From Camelus dromedarius (Eukaryota): a DNA stretch of 64,000 nucleotides. The DNA lies in contig NC_087437.1 in the NCBI RefSeq assembly GCF_036321535.1, forward strand, positions 94,428,001 through 94,492,000, written 5' to 3'. A program made the position numbers and the translations under genes. This document shows, in pieces, positions 1-11,155 of this stretch (position 1 is the stretch's first letter; every line of letters begins with the position of its first letter). The notes beneath the pieces are model-generated. The model was not told where the DNA came from. It ran no database searches and saw nothing but the letters and a program-made list of their open reading frames with translations.

Positions 1-114
1 CACTTACACAGCGCACTGACCTGTTAGACGGGGAGGCACTGGCCACTTTGAGGAGGTGCATGCAGCCAGCACAGGATGAATGACACACATAGAGAGTTAG
101 GATTTTTTGGTCTA

Positions 115-750
115 AGTTATCATCATCTCTTGCTTGTATTGCTAGAAGTAATAACCTCATAACTGGCCCTAGTGTTTCCATTTTAGCCCCTTCTCACCAT
201 AGTCAGTTCTCACCACAGCAGCCAAAACTATTTATTTTAATAATGAAAACAAGATCATATTTTAATTGAAAATTCCTGTGTATCCACTTTGCAGTTAGAA
301 GAAAGTGGAAACTGCTTGCCTTTTCCTTGCAGCCTTCAAATGATGGAGGTACCCCTAGCCCTCTAGCCTCACTCCCACCAGGCTCTCCTCGCATTTATTC
401 CATGTCCGCTTCACAAGCCTGCTCTGTGCCTGGAACACACCAGGCTCTTCCATGCTTCGGTCTTTGTGGCTGTTCTTACCTCTACCTGAGCTATTTCTCA
501 CCAGATTTTCACCGGGGTGATTTTTTCCCCGTCATTCAGATCTCAAAGAAAACTTGACTACCCCTCTGTCACACTCGCCTAAGCTTTCTCTACCTCATTT
601 ACTTATTTTATTACACACAAGCGCGCGCGCACACACACACACACAAATGGGAGCTCCACAGAGAACAAATTCTTCACTTCTTTCTAACATCTCTATTTCC
701 TTTATTATAATTTGAAGTGCTCAATACAAAATCAGTGGGTAAATAAATAC
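115..750 (+). mobile_element. L2 LINE 3' portion (L2a-like), decayed
   Basis: L2-like tracts (ttctccaccacagcagcc, cctggaacacaccaggctc, gagctccacagagaac) ending in the typical gtgctcaata...taaataaat tail. Confidence 0.75.
613..645. repeat. Compound (CA)n-(GC)5-(AC)n microsatellite
   Basis: acacacaa gcgcgcgcgc acacacacacacaca seen directly. Confidence 0.95.
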
Positions 751-1124
751 TTGAATGGATCTATGGGCCTTTGATTTGAAGTGTCAGGCATTTTTACCAA
801 AAAATTCATTTGAATTGACAGCAATGACATCCCCAAGATATCTCTTCGCTTTAAAGTTAAGGAAAGTAACGTGCAGGAGTGGGATGACTTTCTCAGAATA
901 ACAGAGCAGAGCAATCATTTGAGCACAGGTCTGTCTGAATGGAAATTTCTGCTCTCTCTGCTCCACTCCAGACGGTCTGTTTCAGTAGGAATCAGCATGC
1001 AGTCTAACAAAGAAAGGGGATCATTTGCAGAGATATATTTAGACACTCTAGATGAACTTAGTAAAAGAATTCCTTATTGGGCTACTAATGTTATCTAAAT
1101 AAGTTTTGATATTTTAAATGCCTA

Positions 1125-1414
1125 TCCAAATACTTCCAGGTATAAGATAAGTAAGTCCTGGTGATATAATGTACAGCATGGTGACTGTTACTCTACTGTA
1201 TATTTGACAGTTGCTAAGGGAGTAGATCTTAAAAGTTCTCATCACAAGAAAGAGAATTGTAACTATGTGTGATAATGAAGGTTAACTGAACTGACTGTTG
1301 TAGTCATTTCACAATATATACATGTTCCAAACCATTATGTTGTGCACCCAAAACACACACAGTGTTGTATGTTCATTATACCTCATGACAATTTTATTAA
1401 AATGAATAAATAAA
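1125..1414 (+). mobile_element. 5'-truncated L1 3' end (L1MA9-like) with TSD
   Basis: gatataatgtacagcatggtgact...gttgctaagggagtagatcttaaaagttctcatcacaag; A-rich tail; TSD taaatgccta at 1115-1124 and 1415-1424. Confidence 0.9.
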
Positions 1415-1449
1415 TAAATGCCTACTTGACGTAAATAATTACCTTAATC

Positions 1450-1568
1450 CAGTGCTTCTCGAATTGAATTTGCACACAAACCAACTGAGGATCTTGACAA
1501 AAACACTCATCCTTCCAGGTGGTGCAGACGGTGGCTGCATCCACCTATGCTTTTTGAGGAGCAAAGGC
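1450..1568. mobile_element. MER5-like hAT-Charlie MITE fragment
   Basis: Starts cagtgcttctc (Charlie TIR) and ends tttgaggagcaaagg; internally deleted. Confidence 0.6.
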
Positions 1569-1664
1569 CAAATGGGCATTACTTGACACTTAAATCTCAC
1601 GTGGCCTATCCAGCGTGATTAGAAGAAGGGCTTTAATGGAGGAAGACGTTGTTCTGACTTAGAA

Positions 1665-1977
1665 CAGTGGTTCGCAAGCTTTGTTGCATAGTAGAATCAC
1701 CTGGGGAGCAGTCCAAACTCCCAGGAACCAGCTCGCACCCAGATCAATTGAATCAGTCTCCCAGGGTACCCAGGGAAGGCTGTTTTGAAAGCTCCGTAGT
1801 TACTCCACTGTGGTTGCGGATACTTGCTGCTCTACGTGTGGTCAGACCAGCAGCTTTGACATGGGAGCTTGTTCGAAAGTGAAGACTCAGGCCCCAACCC
1901 AGACTACTGAGGTCTTGGCTGCCTTCCAAAAGGACCCCAGGTAATTTGCGTATACTTTAAGATTTTGAGAAGTACTG
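1665..1977. mobile_element. Composite MER5-type (MER5A/MER5B-like) hAT-Charlie element
   Basis: TIRs cagtggttcgcaa / ttgagaagtactg; internal agaatcacctggggagc and ctcaggccccaacccagactactga; flanks acttagaa / gcttagag. Confidence 0.8.
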
Positions 1978-2519
1978 GCTTAGAGCAAGAGGGGTTTTGT
2001 TTGTTTGTTTGTTTGTTTTAACTAACTCTAACCTCGGGTATGAATAGGAATACTTGTATTCAGTGGAGCTTTTCAGTACTGTCTAGGAAAGAGTTTTAGG
2101 GATGATAGCCAAGATACTAAATATCAATGCTCACTGTATTGGACACTGATAATTCGTGACTCTTTGCACCCTGTCTTAATGTTGGAATAAAGGTGGGAGT
2201 GAAATTACAGTCAGATAAATATTTGATATAAGACCAAAAGAAAAGAACTCAAAAAACAATAATAGAGATAGCCAGTGAAATAAAAAATTTCATGAACCTT
2301 AGCAGTTTGGTGGTACAGAGTGGGTACCAGGTTATGTGTTTTTTGTTTTGATTTGTTTGTATGTTTTTAATGAGATGTGTGTCTATTTATAAACTAAGAA
2401 GCAGCCAAGAAGAAAGTGGTTAAAATAGAATAGAAGGGTTAAATGATGGTGTTGATAGTGGACCTGATCACAAGATGACTCAGCAGAAGCCAATCAGAGG
2501 GAGGGGAAGCTAGGAATTG

Positions 2520-3900
2520 GGTACAGGTGAGAACAGCATAGCCACGGTGTTTGCTTTCAGGAGGAGTACATAATAATGGAAAATACGGGAAAATAGGCAA
2601 TCACAAAATAGTGTGATAACTAATAAAATCAGGTAAGTACAGAGAGTGTGATAGTAGAGAAAAAGTAATCCTATACCTTGAATAGGATAGATCAAGGAAG
2701 GTATTTGGAAGAACTAACCTCTAAATCTACACCGAAAGTAAAGAGGATGATGGAAAGGGGGATCTAGCTGGAGGAATACAAAAGGAAGTGGTCTGGAGTT
2801 GAGAAGGAACAAGTGTTCATTTAAGGATTTGTACCCAATTCAGCCCACCTTTAGCACCGAGTGCTTATATAGGTAAGTGAGGGAAGAGGGGCAGAAAAGG
2901 AAGAGGAAGTGGGTGTGGTGAAAGATTAAATTGAAAAGATGTGGGTTTATGGAGAGTTCTTTCTCCTGAGGGCAAATTTTATCCTGCCTCTTCGTTGACT
3001 AAAACATTTTAATAACAATGGAAATAAAATTGTATTTGCATATGAGAAAGTTTGCCTAACTCTAAGGTTAATGGGAAATATAGATGATAAAAAGATAATT
3101 GTGTTCTTGAAGTAATTTGGGCAAAGAAAATGGTAGCCCAAACCAGGTGGTGGTGGAAGAATGGGGAAGTGGTGAAACAATTGCCAGTTTTAGGAAGAAA
3201 CAACTGAAGTCCTTGCAGATTGATTGGACTAGGGGGATGGGCAGATTGGAGAAGGACACTCAGGTGTTTGAATCAGGCAACGCCATGGAGGATGCCATTC
3301 ATGGAACAGGGCACACAAATATTTTTGTTTTGTTGGTTGGTTATTTTAGGGGCTGGTAGAGTGATATAGGTGATCATTTTGGTTTTGGAATAATTGTGTT
3401 CATTGGAAAGTAACATATATGGGTCTGCAGCTCATCACAGAGATGTGGGAAAGAAACCCACTGGGAGTCTTCAGCATAGGTATAGCTCTTTCAACCATGA
3501 AAACAGACGTACTAACACAGGAGGACAATGAGAACTGAGAATAAAAAAGGTAGAAAAAAAAAAAAGAAAAGGCTTAGGACCAGGTCTTTAGGATTATCAA
3601 CTTCTAAAGGATGATTAGAATTTTAAATTGAGAGGAAAAAAGTGTTAGAAAAATAGAACACTGTCACATAAGTCAAAGGAAAAGTTTATCAACTCTTTTT
3701 GAAATGCGAAAAATGAGAAAAAAAATGTCTGTTGCATTTCAAATAAAGGACGTTTTTAACCACAGGTAGAGATTTTCAGAGTAACAAGGGAGCACAGAAG
3801 ATTCCGATGGGTTCGGATTTGTCACTTGTAGATCACAAAAGTACAAAACTTTTTCAGTGTGTTTAGCTGAGAATGGGGAGGCAGAGAGCTGTGGTTTGGA
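2520..3900 (-). mobile_element. L2 LINE, long decayed fragment
   Basis: Purine-rich antisense L2 motifs (gtaatttgggcaaagaaaatggtagcccaaaccaggtggtggtgg, ttttggttttgga, gggagtcttcagcatagg). Confidence 0.7.
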
Positions 3901-4584
3901 AGGGTATATACAGGCATGGCAGAGTATTTATCCAAAAACCCTTCCTGTTTTTTAGGGTCTGCCCAAGAACTCCTTTGGTCCTTTTTTATGAATATCTGAG
4001 GAATTGTTGTTCTATTTCCTTATCGTAAAATAATTATTTACTTAAAAACAATAATTTAAAATAAGTAATACTGACATATTTTTAGGTTAGTATAACTTAA
4101 TGTAATTTTAAAATAAAACATATATAATATTTATATTTGAATAGCTGATAGTCTCACCTTTTAAATATTTGTTTTGATTTCACTCCACCCGTAGGAATTT
4201 TCTAAGATTAAAAATATCTTATTTCACTCACATATTTGCTTTCAAAACAGCTGAATGGATACATATTCTCAAGGCTGAATTTTATTAACAACATATATGT
4301 TAGAAACCCTTTAGGCAGAGGTTATAATTCCTGTATCATTTGGGTATGCTAGGTGCTCCATCTATGTTACATTCTCATATAACAATTTGGAAAATTTATA
4401 TATGAATCTAACCTGTAGTATAGGTCTGGATAATATTTATGCCTACTTGATATGTCGTGTTTTTTATTGGGTTTTATTTGTTTTTTGAATGTGGCAGGGA
4501 TTATAGACTTTGCAGTGACTGGGATGCTTCAGGATGAAAACTGTTGGGTACTTTTATTCGCTTCATCTCTCCCTTACTTTAATA

Positions 4585-4745
4585 CAATGGCTTTTAACCA
4601 GGGGTCGGCATCCAAATCACCTAGTCAGGCTTTTAAAAACTTAAATAACCAGACCTTATCCCAGCCTTGGAGAATTTGAGTTAGTAGGTCTAAAGAGTTC
4701 AGGGATGCATTTCAGATGCTTTGCAGATGAATGTGATGCATACCT
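4585..4745. mobile_element. MER5-like MITE
   Basis: caatggcttttaacc...aatcacct...agtaggtct...cagatgaatgtgatgca resembles MER5A/B. Confidence 0.65.
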
Positions 4746-5641
4746 TGTTTCTGCAAAACAAGAAGATCCCCTAAAAATATCATTTAGTGAACTGCTTTGT
4801 GTGTTTCTAAGCATCTATTGTAGAATAGCACAAGTCATAGGCATTTACGCATTGCTCACTGCCCCTCCCATAATGCTTTTTAAAGTATGACTTTCTCTCA
4901 TGAGTATCTGATACCACAATTTCATCTCCCAAGAGATAAGGACATATTAAAGTGAGAAAATTATATGAAAGGGACATCCCTGTCATTTAAAAAGTCACCA
5001 GAATAGCATGCTTTCTGACTGTCAAATGTGGAAGAGGAAATGACCTAACTCTATATAGGAAAAAGGCATTTTCACAGTGATTACAAATCACAATTTCAAC
5101 TGCCAGTCTCTGGAAGTACAGAACTTTTGATACATGTTTCTGCCAGATGTTGGGGATTTGGTAATGTATATTCACTCTAAGGAAATTAAATGTGCTTTGA
5201 AGAAAGCATTTTCAGATCAAATGCTTCTACATATTAGCTCTTTTTGTACCAGTCTATTCATTTCAGGTTATATTTCCCTATTTACCACTGGGGTGGAGGG
5301 AGTGGGGAGTAAAATTGCTTTGTAGATATCTTAAAATGAACAAAATGGACACCAAATTAAAATATAAATGATTTATGGGTAGTTATTAATTATTATCATA
5401 TATATATCATCTGTGCTTTTGGCAAAGAGAGTGTCCTCTATTATTGATTCTTAATTATTAAATAATATCTAATAGGTGATTAAAAACAGCAGATAATTGA
5501 GAAGATGATACTTTCTAAGTCGTATCTTCCCTCCTTTCATTTACGTAGTATGACTGTAAAAAAAAAGAAAAGAAAACACTTATGTATATATGCAACCTGA
5601 AGGAAGAGGTATAAATTTCCTGGATTACAGTGTAGATAATA

Positions 5642-5676
5642 ATAGATAGGTAGGTAGGTAGATAGATAGATAGACA
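5642..5676. repeat. (TAGG)n/(TAGA)n tetranucleotide microsatellite
   Basis: atagataggtaggtaggtagatagatagatagacag. Confidence 0.9.
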
Positions 5677-8600
5677 GAATATATATTAGAAAGACTTCTC
5701 ATGATAGGGAAGGATCCTTGGCACCTACTAGGCAAAGGAACAGAATGTTAATTTTGGATCAACTAGAGAATGATCAGTGAATAATATGCAGGTGAATGCT
5801 TGTTAATCTGCAATCTAATCACCTCTAATGAATTTAGCAAAGTATTAAGTTATGTAAGGGCAATGGTTAGCAAGCTCTTTCACAGAGAAATCATGGGTCA
5901 TAAAATATGTTTCTGGGAGGTAGTGCTACTTTATTAATTTCAATCACTCTATAATTAAATCTACATATGCAGCAGTAAAATCTACCAAATCATCAACTGA
6001 TGCGTATTTAGCCTCTGGATTCAGTGACATTTAATTAGGTAGCACACAGCTGAATGTCAGCCTTTCTCTTCCAGAGGCTGATGGTTTGTGCATACAGTTA
6101 CTTCTTCACAATCTCTCTCCCTTATTAAATAAAGCTTGACAGAATTTCCACAATGATGCAACACCAAATAAAAAGCAAATTATGACTAAAACTTCAGGCA
6201 ATTGAAAATAAAATAAATACAGAGGTTATATACGGATATCAATATAAAATGGCCTCTGATTTTATTTTAATTTACAGGAACATTGTTCTGCCAAGGATTG
6301 GAAGCATTCAATATGAAACTAATAAGGCAATTTTTTTCTAAGCAAGATTGTTTTTCTCAAAGAGACATGTACTAACAAGCCTTGATTATGGTCTTTTACC
6401 TCATATGGGAATTTTAATTAGCTTTATAGGAATTCCCATGCACTCTAATTCAAGAGCTCATTTCAGCTAGGAAAATTGCATGTCAGAGTACAGGCTTTGA
6501 TGCAGGCTTCTACTCATAAGCTCTGACTTTCCCTCAGCTGCAAGTTGACTTCATCTCTTAGAGTTAGGCCAGGCAATGCTATTAGAATCACACAGTGGAT
6601 GGAGATGATGATTCTCTGATGAAAGTTAGTGGTAAAACTCTAATCTGTTCTTAGAAACAATGATCAGCACATATATGTAAACTAAAAAGAAATATGTGCA
6701 GTATATTATATATAGGTATTTACTTGCAATATAATGTATATGTGCAGTTGAACTGTAATAATTCTACCTAATAAAACTGAAAATGAAAATAAAGTGGTAA
6801 AAAGCAAAATATTGATATTTCTTGAAGAATTGGTTTAAAAAAGAGAAGATTAATTCAGAAATGAAATGAGCATAATACAAGCATTCAAAATTAAGAACGA
6901 TACATCCTTATTCATTAAGAACTAAATTTCAACAATTCCCAAGTAAAATGAACTATGTAAGAACTATAATGGGAATTAGAAATTATCTAATACATAAAAT
7001 AATATAAACATTTTTATTTTTACGTGGAATAATTTCCTCATATATTTCTTATATAATTTAACATTTTACCCAATTATGTAAGATTTCCCCAAAATAACTG
7101 ATGACAGTATTTCATATTACTCTTCTATAAATCTATGAAGCTTTTCAGTCAGAAATAAAGGAAACCATGCCAAATTATAGTGATTTATTGGAAGAGAGCT
7201 TGCTATGAAAAGATTTTCATCAAATGGCTTAATATAGAATTTGGGGGAAAAATCAGTAAAATCATGATTTTTAAGTGGAAGCAATTTCAAGTGACTGAAA
7301 TTAGGTTTTTTGAAGGCATATACTATTGAAATTTGATAAAAGAAATGATTATGTAAAATATATAGAAAGTTTGTGTACAGGTTTTTTATACCAAATGAGG
7401 AAATACAGTCATATTTTAATGGTAATATAACTTTGATATGTGTAATTATCAATATTAAAATTTGATTTATTTTAAATGAGTTTGTCAAGGCTGGTTTACA
7501 AATATTTCACCTTTTTAATTATAATTTTTCACCTTTTTAATCCCCCTCAGTTAACAATAAAGGTTAGCATTAAGGTCAGAGGTGATATAATGAAACAGAG
7601 AAATATAAATGAAATATGAATGGAGATTAAGACAATTTATAATTTTCTAAGAGTGACAAGAGGTGTCTAAGTATTCCTTATTAAGTGACTGGCCAGTATT
7701 GGCATATTGTCTGCTTTCTGGCATAGATGAATTCTCATAAATGTAACTGTGTACACGTGTGATAAGGAATGCCATGATTGTTTTTATTTTGAAGTCATTG
7801 AAATCAGTCTTGAGGAACACTAGCCTAGTGATGACTGGGCAATTAAAAATCACATTAAATCTAAAAGCAGGTTACAATATATGGAGCTTTACTTTAGAGA
7901 AAAACATACTACTAACTTTTGGGAGGTAATATATGTCTTCTCTAAAATCTGTTTTGAAAAATGTGTTTACTCTGTTTGTAATAGGGTATTTTACATATTT
8001 TAGTCACATTAGTAGGAAGTCTCTACTGAGATGTGGAAAAAATGGGGGAAAAGGATTAATTCATCTTCAGTATGAAGGATTAAAATATATTTAAAAAATG
8101 CATATTTTTATGCAAAAGGTTTTTGTATCTTGCTACAGAGGCAGATTGTAGAAAATCTTACCTATCTGTGTTAGTTAGTTGATGTTTCTATAAAATGGCA
8201 GAATGGCTGAAATTTAGCACAGACCCAGAAACACTTATGATTTCATTTTACAAGGTAAATAATAAATATTTGGGTTTTGATGAAAATATTTATATACTGG
8301 CATAATTTGAATTTTAGTTGTCTAAGTGATTTCTGGTTAAATATAGGACACTTGGGAAAACCTGATTTAGAAACCATTTCTCCAAGTTATGATTTCTATA
8401 TTATCACCTTTTGTATGGAAATTATACAAAAACTAATTATAATATCCACATTGATATAACTAAAAACTCAAAACTAATATTCCACATATTTTAGGTAAAA
8501 ATACATCTGAGTGTAGCTGACAATGTAGCTGCAGTTTCAGCTTTTCTACATGGTTTATTGATTGGCTTCAATTAATGTTTGCTAGCAAGTAAATTAACAT

Positions 8601-10040
8601 AGCACCTGAGGCATAATTCTCTAATGGATCGCTGACACTGTGTTCCTCCCATCCTTGCTGGTTTAACTCCTCCAGAGCACAATGCTAGTAGGTACATTTG
8701 AATTCATTCTAGATACGGACATTACCCACGACTTTAATGACAGGTCATTTACAGCAAACCCATGTTTCACTGCAGAGATGTCTCTTTAAGTGACATCTTA
8801 TCAATAGCAATTCAATTAGTCAACCCTAAGACTATGAGATGGAGCTTAAACTGTGTCACAAAGCGCTCTTTGAACTTGCATTTGAAATGTCCTTATTACT
8901 CTTTTCCCTGCAACCCGCTCCTGTGTATAAACATAAGTTTAATTTCAGACAGTCCCTGTACAGATTTGAGTCCCTTTATATACCTCATTCGCATTGTATT
9001 AACTGTCAGCTGAAAAGTGTGTTTTCCCTTTGCAAGAAATGTAAGCACAAATATATTTGGCTTAATTAAAAAGACCATAAAAGCCTTGATGTTGGCAAAT
9101 AGAATGTAATAGTGTGAAAAGCAATTTTTCAGACATAATATCAACAAAATAATTTAAAAGTAAAATACATGTGAACAGTGAGATACTGAATTAGTGCATA
9201 ACAAAATCAATTTATCATTCCTCATTTAGCAGGAGTTTGGAATTTGGACTCTGCCATAATCAGAATCAGCTAATATATCAGCTGCCCTTTTTTTGATCTT
9301 TCAACATTGAGCATTCATTAAAATCCTAGTACATATCAGGCACTGTAATATAGATTAGATTTGAATCCCTATATGATGTCCTTACAAAAAGGTACTTCTG
9401 GAAAAGATGACTGGATAAAATAATTTTATACAAAGTCCAATCCTGAGAACGGAAGGATCAAGAATATTGCACTGTTAGAGGTTTTGTTGGAGAAAAATAG
9501 ATACATGGGTTGGAGAATGGAGGGGAGCTAGTGTAGCTGCGGAAGTATGGGGTTAACAAGCAGAACATCCTTTGACAACTGGTGTCCCACGAGTGATTCA
9601 AGTCCAGATGCCTGAAGGCACCCCTCGTCTGTAATGAATTAACTTCTCTACTAGAATTGCATTTACACAATGCTTACTTACCGTCCTCCACAGAACTGAT
9701 AAAATAGTCATTCACATCACATACTGTGCTCTGCAATGCAGATGAGGAGCCCAGTAGAGAAAGGCTTCTAGACTCTTGTTTGAGTTTAGTCTTCCATTCC
9801 TGATTTGGCTGTATGAGATCTCACTTGTATGGTTCCAGAGCTGCAAGTTGTTGTTGAGAACAAATAAGGGCCAGATATAATTCGAAGGTTTAAAGAAAAA
9901 TTTTAGAAACAACTATATCTCTGGGAGCTTGACCATTTTAAGTAATTAATGCTGTGTAAGGGACTCCTACCTGTCCTGGCACCCGAACAGAAAGCTCTGC
10001 ACGTATTCAGCATCAGTTAGAAGGCATACATTCTAGCAAG

Positions 10041-10570
10041 TGTATCAGCAAGGATGTTCTTAACTGCAGGTTATAGAAGACCCATATAAAATTAGCTTCA
10101 TTGTGCCACATAAAATAAAAGATGGGAGAGTAATTCTAGGATGATTAATTTAGTGGCATTATAACATAACATCATAAGAATCACATTCATCTTTTTCCTG
10201 CTACTCTGAAAGTGACAATGGCTCTCTTTCTAGTTGCATGATGGTGGCATTGCCTGCAAATATGAGTAAGAAGAGAGGTGTTTCTTCCCACTCATCCTTT
10301 TCTTTGGATTGGGAAACCATTCCTTTGAGTTCTCTAGTAGACTTTCACTCAGACCTCATTGGCAAGGATAGGGCCACATACCAGTGACTTGCATTGGCAA
10401 GGAAAATCAGTCTGCAGTGATTGTTTGAGGTTAATACTGATGCAACCCCAGAGGACTGGAAAAGGAAGCATCTTCCTGGAGTTTATGGGGTAATGATAAC
10501 CAAAGAAAAATGACAGTCTGTGCTGGCAAGGAGGGAGGGTGAGGATTTACAGAGAAAGGCTTCTACCACT
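10041..10570 (-). mobile_element. MaLR solo LTR (MLT1K/L-like)
   Basis: Starts tgtatcagcaaggatgttcttaactgcagg (reverse complement of the MLT1 3' end); contains cctcattggcaaggatagggccacat. Confidence 0.75.
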
Positions 10571-10647
10571 TCCGTGTGGGGACACAGGAACACTCTAGAT
10601 TTTTGAAAAGTGGCAGGAAACCCCCAGGTAAATAAAGTCTAAGGAAG

Positions 10648-11155
10648 TGTATTATTTATCTATTGATAATTAAGCAATGATCCCCAAAACTTAGAGACTT
10701 AAACACTTTTATTTGTCTCAGACTCCCTGGGGGTCAGGGATTCAGACATGGCTTAGGCCTTTGTTTCTTGGTCTCTCATGAGACTTCAGTCAAGATGTCT
10801 CCTAGAACTGGGGTCTGACCTGAAGGCTCAACGTCTAAGTTCATTCACACAGTTGACTGGTGATTGGGCTGAGGGCCTTCGTTCCCTGTTGGCCAGAGTC
10901 AAAGTTCCTTACCTCATGGTTCTCTGTAACACAGCTGATTGCCTCACCAAGCAGACAAGCCAAGAAAGAATAAAGAGAATCTGTGGGCAAGACATATGCC
11001 CCAATCTTTTCTAACTTAATCGTGGACACGCTGTCCACTCAACATTGCCGTAATCCATTAATTGGAAGCAAGTTATTTAAGAGGAAAGACTTACACAAGG
11101 CCATGGACCCCAGGAGGCAGTGAGCACTGGGGACCCTTTTAGATGCTGCCTGCTG
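10648..11155 (-). mobile_element. MaLR solo LTR (MLT1F/G-like)
   Basis: tgtatattatttatctattg...ccccaaaacttag at one end and ggggacccttttagatgctgcct at the other. Confidence 0.8.

Noticed and set aside
7117..7488. 123-aa minus-strand ORF
   Set aside because: F/I/L/K/N-rich translation of very AT-rich DNA, non-ATG start, no domain or splice support
7505..7541. 15-bp direct repeat tttcacctttttaat
   Set aside because: Two copies only; simple local slippage duplication, not an array
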